A DNA stretch of 64,000 nucleotides from positions 1,110,787 to 1,174,786 of the forward strand of contig NW_003314289.1 in NCBI RefSeq assembly GCF_000143415.4. The letters run 5' to 3'. Both the position numbers and the translations under genes were made by a program. Below are positions 23,846 to 35,872 of the stretch, piece by piece. Position 1 is the stretch's first letter. Every line of letters starts with the position of its first letter. Below the pieces are notes generated by a model. The model was not told the origin of the DNA, did no database searches, and saw nothing but the letters and a program-made list of their open reading frames with translations. Origin of the DNA: Selaginella moellendorffii (Eukaryota; Plantae; Lycopodiophyta).

Positions 23846-26800
23846 TGTAAGCGACTAATTTTCCCATTCTACTTTAGTCACTTAACCACACCTCTGACCA
23901 CTTGGAGGAGTCTCATTCACAACCTCCATAAGTCCCATTCAGGACTTGGGACTTGTTAGTCCCAAGAATGGCATCCATGCCACTCAACACTTGCACCTGG
24001 TCCAAGTGCTCCACGTGTCCGGTCCCAAAACCGACACCCAAAGGTGCCACTGAAATATCGGCCCGTTACGCTAAGGCCATGCCCATTCACCTTTGCTGCA
24101 CTAGTGGTCCAATACCACTTGCATCACAATCCCGTCTCTCCAAGACTGGGCTATCCGTCCACGAGTGGTCATCCTAGATCCACTCCTTAGCATCCTTAGG
24201 ATGCCCACAGACATGGGGAATAGCCTTCCCCAATATCCCTCTGTCAGTCCCCACTAAGTCCCTTTCTGCCCCTGGCCGTGTTTGCCAACACTGCCACTGG
24301 ATCGAGACCCACAGGCCCGACCACTAAGTCCCATGGTCCTCTGGGACTTCCTCACCACACGACTGTGTCCTTGGTCACTACCCCAGAGGACTGCTCCTCT
24401 TCCTTTCCACAGTCTGGGCCTTTGGGACAACATTTCGGAACACCGTGGCCTTACGCGAGCCACCTGGGTACTCTCCTCGCCTTCTGCCCTTGGGTGCTCT
24501 AGCCATGGGCTTAGAGCGGGTTCCGTTGAGCCACACCAGGTATCCAAGTAGGTAGTGCCACCCACACTTGGACTGGGAGCATCGGCCAGTCGATCTCCCG
24601 GGGGAACTAGAGCCGGCTCTTGAACACTTCACCAAGCTACCCCGCTTGTCGGTCTGTGTTCACTCTAGTCTTGGACTTCCCAGTGGGCAGCTCATCACCC
24701 AACACTGGGTCCGGCCTTCCTGGGCCAAACTAGCCTTTCCTGGCCAAACTGGCTCCACTGCAGTCCTCCCCCTACTATACTTTTGGAGCTCACCAAACCC
24801 CCCAGGGTCTGGGAGACGAACGCTTTGGGCTTTCACCCTCTCGGACTCGGACTCGGACTCGGACTCGGACTCGGACTCGGACTCGGACTCGGACTCGGAC
24901 TCGGACTCGGACTCGGACTCGGACTCGGACTCGGACTCGGACTCGGACTCGGACTCGGACTCGGACTCGGACTCGGACTCGGACTCGGACTCGGGCTCGG
25001 GCTCGGGCTCGGGCTCGGTCTCGGCCTCGGCCTCGGTCTCGTTCTCGGCCTCGGTCTCGGCCTCGGCCTCGGCCTCGGTCTCGTTCTCGGTCCCGATCTC
25101 GGTCTCGGTCTCGGTCTTGGTCTCGGTCTCGATCCCGGTCTCGGTCTCGACTTCGGACTCCATCTCGGACTCCATCTCGGACTCCATCTCGGACTCCATC
25201 TCGGGTCCATCTCGGACTCCATCTCGGGTCCATCTCGGACTCCATTTCGGGTCCATCTCGGACTCCATCTCGGACTCCATTTCGGGTCCATCTCGGGTCC
25301 ACCTCGGACTCCATCTCGGACTCCATCTTGGACTCCATCTCGGGTCCATCTCGGACTCCACTTCGGACTCCAACTCGGGTCCATCTCGGACTCCACTTCG
25401 GACTCCAACTCGGGTCCATCTCGGACTCCACTTCGGACTCCAACTCGAGTCCATCTCAGACTTCACTTCGGACTCCAACTCGAGTCCATCTCAGACACTT
25501 CCACGTGTCATGTGTTGGTCCTTTTGGGTCCCTTTTTGGAGCCTCGCTTTTTGCTCGCTTCGTGCTCGTTCCTTGAGCACTTCGTTGGGAGTTCCACTCC
25601 CGCTCTTGACTTTTCAAGTCGGAGCTTTTGGTCCAAACGTGTTACGCTCGTTTGGCTCTCGCTTCAGCCACTACCACGTGGCACCCTTTCCGGCTTCACT
25701 TTGGGGCCTAGGGATTTTGTGTCTCACAACTCCACCACCCATAGACGAAGTTCGATGTCCTCATCGAACGGTAAACCATTTTGTAAAGTAACACTCGCAT
25801 GTGTTACCATTTCCATCCTTGGCACCTAGCCAATATTTGTCAATGGTTTGACATTGAAGGCTCACCATGCCTTTTGCATATGCCTCAATGGTTTGACACC
25901 AAAGGCTCACCATGCCTTACCTATCCTCTAAGGAGGGTAGTCTCTCCAACTTAGAGACTGATTGGACCACATGTAGTGGTTCTCTCCTTTTATTGGTTTA
26001 GTTCTCGCTAAACCTTTTAGAGACCCTTCTCTAAGTCAATCCCACTACTCCTTCTCGAGTAATCTCAATTTCCATCTATTGAATGTTTGCACCTTGGAAC
26101 TTTTACTCTTTTGACTTTTGGAAGTCAATTTCCTAGGCGTCTCCAACACCTTGCCTTGCACAGATTGTGCAACTCCACTTCCCTATCCTAGGAAGTTCAT
26201 TACTTGAGGGCACCATCATCCTCTCTTCTATTTCGTGCCACCTTGGGCACTAAGTTCCATTTATCACACTTTGTGCTAGGGTTGTCCATCGCCCTATCAT
26301 TTGGCTACCTTACCGCTCCCTCCCTTGGAGCTTCCACTTTTGCCAAATCGGAGCAATTCGGAATCCATCCTTGGAAACACACTTCCTTTCCCGCAATTTG
26401 TTAGCGTCCAACACATTAGTGTTCCTTGCCTAACTTTGTCACTTGGATTCCTTCCAAGGAATTCCACGGCCCTATCTTGGCCACTCATCTTTTGCTCTTA
26501 TCCATTGATTGTTGCACCAAGCAACATCGAATCTCTACCTCCCTTCTTGAGGTGTTCTTTTGATTCCATAGCAAAGGCTCTGCTTTGCCAAGACTAGGGT
26601 GTTCACCCCTAGTAAGTCTCTTTTAGCATCTTCTGCTGTGGGCTCTATCCTCGGCCCAACTTTGTGACCCTCTCATGGGTCTCTTTAGAGACTACTTTCC
26701 TTGGACACACTATACCATCGCAATGACATAGCTCATTTCCCTAAGGTGTTTTTCCCACTTGGTCACCTTGACCAAGCCACACCATCATCAATAGTTCAAA

Positions 26801-29800
26801 TCAACACTTTGAACTAGGAACCTTATTCCTTAACCCAAACAAGGACCTTGTCCTTATTTAGCCACAAGATCACCTAGTGATCTCACCTCGGCACCTTAAC
26901 AGGTTTGCCAATAGGTACTAGGTCTTCCAGACCTTTAACTTTGTTAACTACGACCCCGGGGGCATCCCTCACACTTGGCGGTGCGCCCAAGCCAGCCCTT
27001 CCGGCTAAGGGTCCATAGCAACTGAGATTAGGTGTCCCCATCTCACTCACCACGTCCTTGGTGCCACTTGCACCAAAGCGTTCAAGTTAGATATGCCGAG
27101 CTTTCACACTAAGCAATCTAACCGTGCATCACGACTCCGAGGCATCCCTCGTTTGGCGGTGTGCCCAAACCAGTCTCCCCACTGAGAGTCTATGACCACC
27201 GAAATATGAGTGTCCTCATATTCCAAACCATCACCACGCCCTAGTGATTTGGGACTCGAACCCAAGCACTAGAGGGTCGGGACTCGAACCCAACCTCCGT
27301 ATATGCATCTACGGACGGCATCACACAAGATGCCTGGCGTGACTCCCCACGCCGGTGCACCAACTTATATTTAAAGCGTGCTATAGATCACAGCTTAGGA
27401 ACCTAGTTCCTCCCCACTGCCAAGTCCTCTCACTTGACAAGCCTGTGATCATGCATGGACTCCTCCATGCTTGGCCCCATGGCCCACCCCTTTTTGAAGT
27501 TATCACCTTCAACTAGGGTATTTGTTCCCTTGACTTGCCAATCTCGCTTTGGCAAGTCCTCCGACCACTGTAACATGGTTCCTGCACAAGCGTGAAAGCC
27601 TTTGATCATCGACTTTCGTTCAAAGCCTTCTCTTTGAACACTCGGGAACTACTTCCCTAACCTTGATAGCCTTGCCTCATGGCAAGCTTCAAGACCACGC
27701 TTCTGCTGCGCCACTCTGATTTCGCGCATTCCTTGAACCATTTATGCTTGGCCTTTCTAGGTACTACGCTACCTAGAATCCTCTTTGGGAACCTTGAAGG
27801 AACTCTGTCCCTTAGCTTGCTAAGGCCCCCCCTTTTTGCAAGCTTTCCAATTACCATATAGTCTAACATGGACAATTCCATATTTTAGACTCTCCATGGC
27901 ATCACGGTTGCTAGCAGCAACACCCTCGAGCCCCCACTTGATTCTCCACTCCCAGCTAGCATAACCAACCTTGGTTATGCCCTTCAATTTCTATGGTTCG
28001 GTTCTATCCCCTTACTTTTTGCTTTTGGCTTCACACCTTTCCTTCGGTCATTCTCCTCCAGACCAGGAGGATAGCCTTTGCACTTTCTATCATGCCTTAG
28101 CAAGTATTCTTAGGGATGAACCTACCCGATAGCCTAGGGAGTGGTTCCTCAATCCAGGTATGCTCACCCTATAATCCCACACATCGGGATTATGTTGTTG
28201 CTTACGGGCCTTTGCATGCCCATCGCTAGCTTTGCCAAAATTCCATTTTTTGGCTTTGTCCAATTCGAGTAGACAGTCTTCTCCTGTTTCGCCACCTTGG
28301 ACATTTGGATAGCACCTACTATCCATCGTTCGCTAGGGACTTAGTCCCTTGGGCCTTATCTACTGCCCTCACGACATCAAACACCACCTCTTGGTGTTCT
28401 AGAGTGTTCGGGTGTCCCAATGACAGCTTCCTTGACAATGAGTATTTCCTTTTATGACATTGACTTATTATATCGCAACATAAGCAACTCATCCCCCATA
28501 AGGGTATATCCAACTTTCCTATGCCATTAAGAAGTCTTGGGTAGCTACCTTCTACCCGTTTAACCAATTATTTGGCACCTCTTGCTTAGTTGCCTCGTAG
28601 TTGTCAAGTCCTATAACTCATTGCTGGTGCTTCCACACCTCCATCATTATCTGGGTCACCACACTCCAACTGCATGCTCTGCAGCTTAGGTTATGTCATT
28701 CCCATTTCTATTGGGATTCCTTTGGCAAGGGGTTTTCATGAACCCACCAACATAGCCTCAAGGTATCACACCTTGGCACATTTGGTGTCTCCACACTATC
28801 GGCTCCACGAGCCTACCTCTATGACACTTCTTCTTTGTGTCTAAGTCTTTGCCAAGACCAATACCACGCTTTCTCATGCCAACCATCCGTTAGCACTGCA
28901 TCATAGAGGTCACACACAACTTTGTGTCAAAGTTGTTTTCTTTTTGGAAACACCTTTCCCACGACTTTAGCATGGCACATTTTGCCATCGATGAGATACC
29001 CTTTGCTCTCATCCTTGGATCCTATGATCCCCCCCCATCCTTTGTGGGGTACAACACACCTCAGTCCAAATGCTTCCATCGGTCCTTTTAGGACCATCCC
29101 TTGACTTTACTTGAGTCATCCAGCAGTTTTGGACTTGGTTAATCCACAGACCCGTAAGGTCCTACTTGTGAGGCACTAGCTCACTGGAATACACTTCTTG
29201 CATTCCTGTCCTACTCAAAAGGACTATTTTCACAAGTGTTACTCTGACACTTGATTTTGTTCTCTGGGGGCAACCTTTGCCCCTTAGGACTACTTGTCCA
29301 TGCGATGAGAATACCAACTCATCTCTAAGTACACCCCCCAACTCCTTGGGTTGTTCCAGCATTTATTAAAGGTAGCCCTGGCTACCATTTCAAGGACTTG
29401 AGTCCTCTTCCGTATTTGACCTCCCACGGTCATTACCTCTTGTCTCACATTCATGAGCACCAACCTCAACTATATGAGGATAATCTTGTGACTCCTTTAT
29501 TGTTTTGGAGTCTCTATCTTTCCCGTGATCCCAACTTTAGTTGTTTACCACAACAACCTTAGCCAATTTGCTGAGACAAATGCTCATCCAGATCACATCC
29601 TCAACTCAATGAGGAAAACCTTGCACTGTTCCCAAGATCCCAAAGTCGTTCCATTATTGGCCCTTTTCTATCCACCACCTCGTCTACAAGTTCACACATG
29701 AACTGTAATGGAGAGTCATGTCTTCCCGACTTGCTACTCCTCAAGGATAGGCCCACTCCTCGGACCTTCCGATGCCAACACTAGTGGTGATATACTTGAG

Positions 29801-31634
29801 CACCAATAAAAGTCGGACTAAGGAACAGCTCCGATACCAAATTGTAAGCGACTAATTTTCCCATTCTACTTTAGTCGCTTAACCACACCTCCGACCACTT
29901 GGAGGAGTCTCATTCACAACCTCCATAAGTCCCATTCAGGACTTGGGACTTGTTAGTCCCAAGAATGGCATCCATGCCACTCAACACTTGCACCTGGTCC
30001 AAGTGCTCCACGTGTCCGGTCCCAAGACCGACACCCAAAGGTGCCACTGAAATATCGGCCCGTTACGCTAAGGCCATGCCCATTCACCTTTGCCGCACTA
30101 GTGGTCCAATACCACTTGCATCACAATCCCGTCTCTCCAAAACTGGGCTATCCGTCCACGAGTGGTCATCCTAGATCCACTCCTTAGCATCCTTAGGATG
30201 CCCACAGACATGGGGAATAGCCTTCCCCAATATCCCTCTGTCAGTCCCCACTAAGTCCCTTTCTGCCCCTGGCCGTGTTTGCCAACACTGCCACTGGATC
30301 GAGACCCACAGGCCCGACCACTAAGTCCCACGGTCCTCTGGGACTTCCTCACCACACGACTGTGTCCTTGGTCACTACCCCAGAGGACTGCTCCTCTTCC
30401 TTTCCACAGTCTGGGCCTTTGGGACAACATTTCGGAACACCGTGGCCTTACGCGAGCCACCTGGGTACTCTCCTCGCCTTCTGCCCTTGGGTGCTCTAGC
30501 CATGGGCTTAGAGCGGGTTCCGTTGAGCCACACCAGGTATCCAAGTAGGTAGTGCCACCCACACTTGGACTGGGAGCATCGGCCAGTCGATCTCCCGGGG
30601 GAACTAGAGCCGGCTCTTGAACACTTCACCAAGCTACCTCGCTTGTCGGTCTGTGTTCACTCTAGTCTTGGACTTCCCAGTGGGCAGCTCATCACCCAAC
30701 ACTGGGTCCGGCCTTCCTGGGCCAAACTGGCCTTTCCTGGCCAAACTGGCTCCACTGCAGTCCTCCCCCTACTATACTTTTGGAGCTCACCAAACCCCCC
30801 AGGGTCTGGGAGACGAACGCTTTGGGCTTTCACCCTCTCGGACTCAAACTCGGACTCGGACTCGGACTCGGACTCGGACTCGGACTCGGACTCGGGCTCG
30901 GGCTCGGGCTCGGGCTCGGTCTCGGCCTCGGCCTCGGTCTCGTTCTCGGCCTCGGCCTCGGTCTCGTTCTCGGTCCCGATCTCGGTCTCGGTCTTGGTCT
31001 CGGTCTCGGTCTCGGTCCCGGTCTCGGTCTCGACTTCGGACTCCATCTCGGACTCCATCTCGGACTCCATCTCGGGTCCATCTCGGACTCCATCTCGGGT
31101 CCATCTCGGACTCCATCTCGGACTCCATTTCGGGTCCATCTCGGGTCCACCTCGGACTCCATCTCGGACTCCATCTTGGACTCCATTTCGGGTCCATCTC
31201 GGGTCCACCTCGGACTCCATCTCGGACTCCATCTTGGACTCCATCTTGGGTCCATCTCGGACTCCACTTTGGACTCCAACTCGGGTCCATCTCGGACTCC
31301 ACTTCGGACTCCAACTCGGGTCCATCTCGGACTCCACTTCGGACTCTAACTCGAGTCCATCTCAGACTTCACTTCGGACTCCAACTCGAGTCCATCTCAG
31401 ACACTTCCACGTGTCATGTGTTGGTCCTTTTGGGTCCCTTTTTGGAGCCTCGCTTTTTGCTCGCTTCGTGCTCGTTCCTTGAGCACTTCGTTGGGAGTTC
31501 CACTCCCGCTCTTGACTTTTCAAGTCGGAGCTTTTGGTCCAAACGTGTTACGCTCGTTTGGCTCTCGCTTCAGCCACTACCACGTGGCACCCTTTCCGGC
31601 TCCACTTTGGGGCCTAGGGATTTTGTGTCTCACA
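23846..31634 (-). mobile_element. Non-autonomous (LARD-like) LTR element D
   Basis: Near-identical LTRs at 23846-25728 and 29843-31634. TSD GTCTA at 23841-23845 and 31635-31639. Same PBS as A and same PPT as C. The 4.1-kb interior has no retroelement ORF. Confidence 0.93.
24838..25495. repeat. (GGACTC)n hexamer array and derived 12-mer repeats in the LTR of D; shorter copy at ~30836-31400
   Basis: About 25 perfect GGACTC units here versus about 9 in the sister LTR. Confidence 0.95.
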
Positions 31635-33733
31635 GTCTAGTGCTATTTCGGCATACCGGTGGCCTAACGCAAGGACATGGGTACTCCACCAGCTAGTATA
31701 GAATGGAACTTGGGCTTAGACCCAAGCCAGACGTAGAACAAAGACAAAGATAGACACATAAGTAAGAGCTAGACTATGCTTCAGGTTGGTCGGCCATGCC
31801 CAACCTACCCACTATCCCTACTATACATTTGGAACCCCCCACAACCCCCCCCCCCCCTAAGGAACAATCTTTACATTCCATAAATATGCTAAATGAGCAA
31901 ATTTGGACACTTTCCATAAATAATATTTGGGACCGGAATAAGACTAACACAAAGGGCATGATAGCAAGGGTGTTTGGCAGACACGGTAAGGTATCATTTA
32001 GCGAATATTGAGGGACCAATCTTAATATAATGAGGGTTCTTGATACTAGCAAGTGCAAACCAATAACACAAGTTTCTCAAACCAGGCCAAGTATGCTTAG
32101 CAAGAAACACATAGGGTTCCTACCTTATGTTTATCCAATTTAAGTCTATGTTCATTGACCAGTTTGTCAACTAGCTCAAGTGGGAATTAATAACGGGTCT
32201 AGCAATACTGACCTCTTACCATCATGGCAGTAAGGAAAGAGTGTCCATAAGGACTGGCTGACAAGTATCTTTCGATACTCGAAGTCACATTCGCGACAGC
32301 AAGAGCAAGCAACAAGGATGCGAGGTGAGGGAGTTCTATATGAAATGGAAAGGATTTCCACACTATGAAATGGGAACCAGAGGAGAACCTAGCAAACGTG
32401 TGGGATATAATGAAGGAATTTTTGCAAAGTAGAACTTTATGTACTTATGCAAAATTCAATTAAAGAATCTATTTTGAGAAATTGAACAATGTCATATGTT
32501 GGGACTTAAAGGCATGCTGAAAGTAAGCTAATTAGCATGGGTTAACTAGGTCGACCAAGCATAGGAAACTACGCTCGACTCCCTGTAGGGATGTCGAATC
32601 CGTAGACATATTCTACGGAGGTTGGGTTCAAGTCCCAACCCCCTAGTAAAGCAAGGCTGGGTTCAGGTCCCAACCCTATATTAGGGCGGGGTGAGAGGAG
32701 GGGTGTAGGGACACCTATACTTTGTTGTCATGGGCTCTTGGCTGGGGAGGCTAACTTAGGCATATCGCTAAGTGGGGGGATGCCCTCGGAGACATGGTCA
32801 ACAAATTGTAAAATTAAAAAGAGCCATTCGATGTGGGCATCAACCTTCTTCTATGGGTGGTGGAGTTGTAAGGAATCAACTCCCCGAGGTGTTGAAGGCT
32901 AAAGGATTCCCGAAAGCATAATCAAAATGATAAAGAGTTCATCAGATGAGACTGAGTTTGAGATCGAGTCCAAAACCAACTTTAAGACCGAGTTTGAAAC
33001 CGAGTCCGAGACTGAGTCTAAGACCGAGTCTCAGATCGAGTTTGAGATCCGATATCGGGTCCGAGATCGAGTCCAAGATCGGGTTTGAGATCGAGTCTGA
33101 GATCAAGTCCAAAACCGAGTCTGAGATCGAGTCCGAGATTGAGTCTGAGACCGAGTCCGAATACTAATATAGGTCGTGGGGTGAAAGCCCAAAGTGTGTG
33201 TTTCCCAGTCTCCTAGGGGGGAGGGGGGGGGGGGGGGACTGTAGGGGGTTCCAAAAGTATAGTAGGGGATAGTGAGGTCTAGAAACCAGTCTTGAAGGAA
33301 CTCTCTAGTAGTGCTTTTAAATTGACTTGAGGTTGAAACTGGGGCTAAGGGGCCTTGGGTGGGAGTGAGCATAAACTTGGGTGGTGCCAAAGGGGCCACC
33401 TAGAGAAGTGCTCAAGGGAAACTCGCACTCTCAAAAAGGTTGGAAGTGAGGGGGTAAAGGTACCTATACCATGCCGTTAGGCCACAATGTTTCCCCCCAG
33501 TGTCCCGAAGCAAGTGTTGCACCCAAGGCTTGGGATTTAGAGGGTCCCATGATCAAGTCTTATTGTACTAAGGGATGTTAGGAACCTGGAGGCTTGGTGT
33601 GCTTGGCTGCTTGTGCTTGCGGGGAGTGTAACCAAACCTTAAGTCCAATCTAACCCGAGGAGGGGGATTGGGAGAGATTTGAGAATCCGTGGATGTGGAT
33701 GGCTAACGCTCTATTGATCATGCAGTGAGTAGC

Positions 33734-35872
33734 TTGAATTTGGAATTGAACTCCAAGCCCATTGCATTACAAAATGAAGGTCTAGTACAATCCCACAAGC
33801 ACCAGCTCCCCGTATACAACACTTACACACAAAATGGTGTCAGATGGTGTTTGGCACGATTTTGGCATACCAGTGGCCTAAAGTGAGGAGGATCAACACA
33901 TAAGGCATGATAGTGAGGGTGTTTGGCAGATATGGTAAGCTATCATGTAGTGATATTAAGGGACTAGTCTCAATATCGTAGGGATTCCCAACATTAGCAT
34001 ATGCAAGTCAATTAATGGGTTTTTTTTAACTAGGTCAAGTATATTTGACTAATAGCATTCATAAATTTCATCCTTATGCTCATTTGGTCAAGTGCACACA
34101 TGATGACCAATTTCTCAACTAACTTGAGTAGAGACCATAAAGGCAACTTTCATATAATCATCTATGTCTGCTGCTATGAAATAGTTTTCTATATCGTAAA
34201 CCTAGTCTTCCAAAACTTGATAATCCCGCATACCTCTTGAAATTGGGTGGTTTTGGAGGCTTAAACTTTGAAATTTGTGCAACCTAGGGCAATTGTAGAA
34301 CTTTGTCATCCTTAGAACTTGAAGAGGAGTTTGGTTTCTTAAGTTTAGTTGGTTTAGTTGCTTTAGCTTCTTTCTTCCTCTTCTTGTTCTCCTTTTTCAA
34401 CTTGCGAACTTCCCTTCACAAATTCTAGATCTTAGTTTCCTTAGCCATATACTACAGTGACATAGCATTTGGCTCTTCCTCTTCTAACTCAGCGTCAACC
34501 TCTTCCCCAATATCTTTAAGTAGGAGTTTCTTCCTCTCAATTCACCCATCTAAAAGTTTTAGCATTGTCAATATGGTTCCTTTTTACTATCCCGCTAACT
34601 GCATGCATGCCTCTATTAGTAATTGAACATGCATATAACATTCTTACTAAATGGTGCAATCCAACTAATCTTACATAGGTCACTTTGGATCTACTAGAAA
34701 AGTCTTTGCGTATGCAACTTGAGTTAGAAAATCTGACAAAAGTTGAATAAGAATCACTGAGATAATTCCTCTAATACCAAATGTAGCATACTTGAATTTG
34801 GAGTTGAACTCCAAGCCCATTACACTACAAAACGAGGGTCCAATACAATCCTATAAGCACCAGCTTCTCGTATCTAGCATCTGAATGCAAAATGGTGTCA
34901 AACAATGTCTGGCACGATTTTGGTATACTGGTGGCCTAACGCGAAGAGGAGGGTACTCCACCGACTAAAGCAATATGGAGCTTGGGTTTAGACCCAATCT
35001 GAATGCAAAACAAGAAACGACATAACTTAGTGGAAGCTAAACTAATATCTCAAGTGGTCGGACATGCATTCTAACCACTATCCCTATTATACCCCCCCGG
35101 AGGAACACACACTTTGGGCTTTCACCCCTAGCCTCTTTTAGTACCAGGAGTTAGTCTCTGGGACAAACATGAAATTTACTAAATATAGAATGGTGTTAAA
35201 TCACAAATCCGGAAGTAGGAACAACATTATAAAGTTCAAGACACTTTCTACATTTTATACATATGCCTCTTGGATGGATTTAAACACTTACCATAAATAG
35301 CATATGGTTCTAGAACGGAACCAACATATAAGGCATGATAATGAGGGTGTTTGCTAGACATGGTAAGCTATCTATAAGCTTCTAAATTTGGACTTCCCGA
35401 AAGGTCACCTAACCCAATATTATTCAAACCCAAGGACACTTAACCCCAAATATCCCAAGACCCTTAACCAATTAGAAAAGGGGGTGCACTCTTATTCATG
35501 GGCCATTTCCCTTTATATTTGAATCCCATGGATTGTCTTTCGAGTCATTCCCTTTGGTTGTTTACACTATCATATAGCGATATTAAGGGACTAGTCTCAA
35601 TATTGTGGGGGTTCCCAACACTAACAAGTGCAAGTTAACGAATGAGTTTCTCTAACCAGGTCAACTATGCTTGATTAATAGCATTTAGGAATTTTGTCCT
35701 TATGCTCATCTGGTCAAGTGCACACGTAATGACCAGTTTCTTAACTAACTTGAGCGGAGATCATAAAGGGAAATAGCAATACTAACCTCTTGCTATTATG
35801 GCAATAAAGAGAGAGTGTCCATAAGGACTAGTTGACAAACATCTTTCGATACTCGAAGTCACATTTGTGACA
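33734..35872 (-). mobile_element. Deleted LTR element F (E-related LTRs)
   Basis: 5' LTR 34782-35872 with PBS tttggtattagag. A partial second LTR starts at ~33734. Gag-like remnant VRKLKKENKKRKK at ~34370-34410. Right flank is CTATC. Confidence 0.75.
35373..35566. mobile_element. 194-bp solo-LTR/TRIM-like insertion in the LTR of F
   Basis: Ends are TA(probably TG)TAAGC...TTTACA. TSD CTATC at 35368-35372 and 35567-35571. Absent from homologous LTR copies (33940, 55758). Confidence 0.8.

Larger units (their letters stand above)
23489..32298 (-). mobile_element. Solo LTR of family E inserted in the chromodomain of C (interrupted by D)
   Basis: TG..CA ends. TSD GCAAG at 23484-23488 and 32299-32303. 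Reverse-complement homology to 55463-56589. Confidence 0.9.
18819..32463 (+). pseudogene. gag-pol of element C, with many stops; chromodomain split by the insertion at 23489-32298
   Basis: ORF fragments homologous to A. EEEYKVETILNMRK|SKQQG resumes at ~32304. Confidence 0.9.
18073..33733 (+). mobile_element. Chromovirus C, an older degenerate copy of family A in the opposite orientation
   Basis: 5' LTR 18073-18759 is internally deleted and followed by PBS tggtattggagc. PPT gggtggtggagt precedes the 3' LTR 32867-~33733, which is truncated. The coding region is collinear with A. Confidence 0.93.

Noticed and set aside
24568-25829. Long SD/LG/RV/SP dipeptide-repeat ORFs (also 30565-31696 and 6248-6562)
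   Set aside because: They arise from stop-free hexamer arrays inside LTRs that are open in all frames; nothing indicates they are coding.
27249-27295. tRNA gene or SINE suggested by GGTTCGAGTCCC
   Set aside because: Only T-arm-like hairpins are present, with no A-box, D-arm, anticodon arm or acceptor stem.
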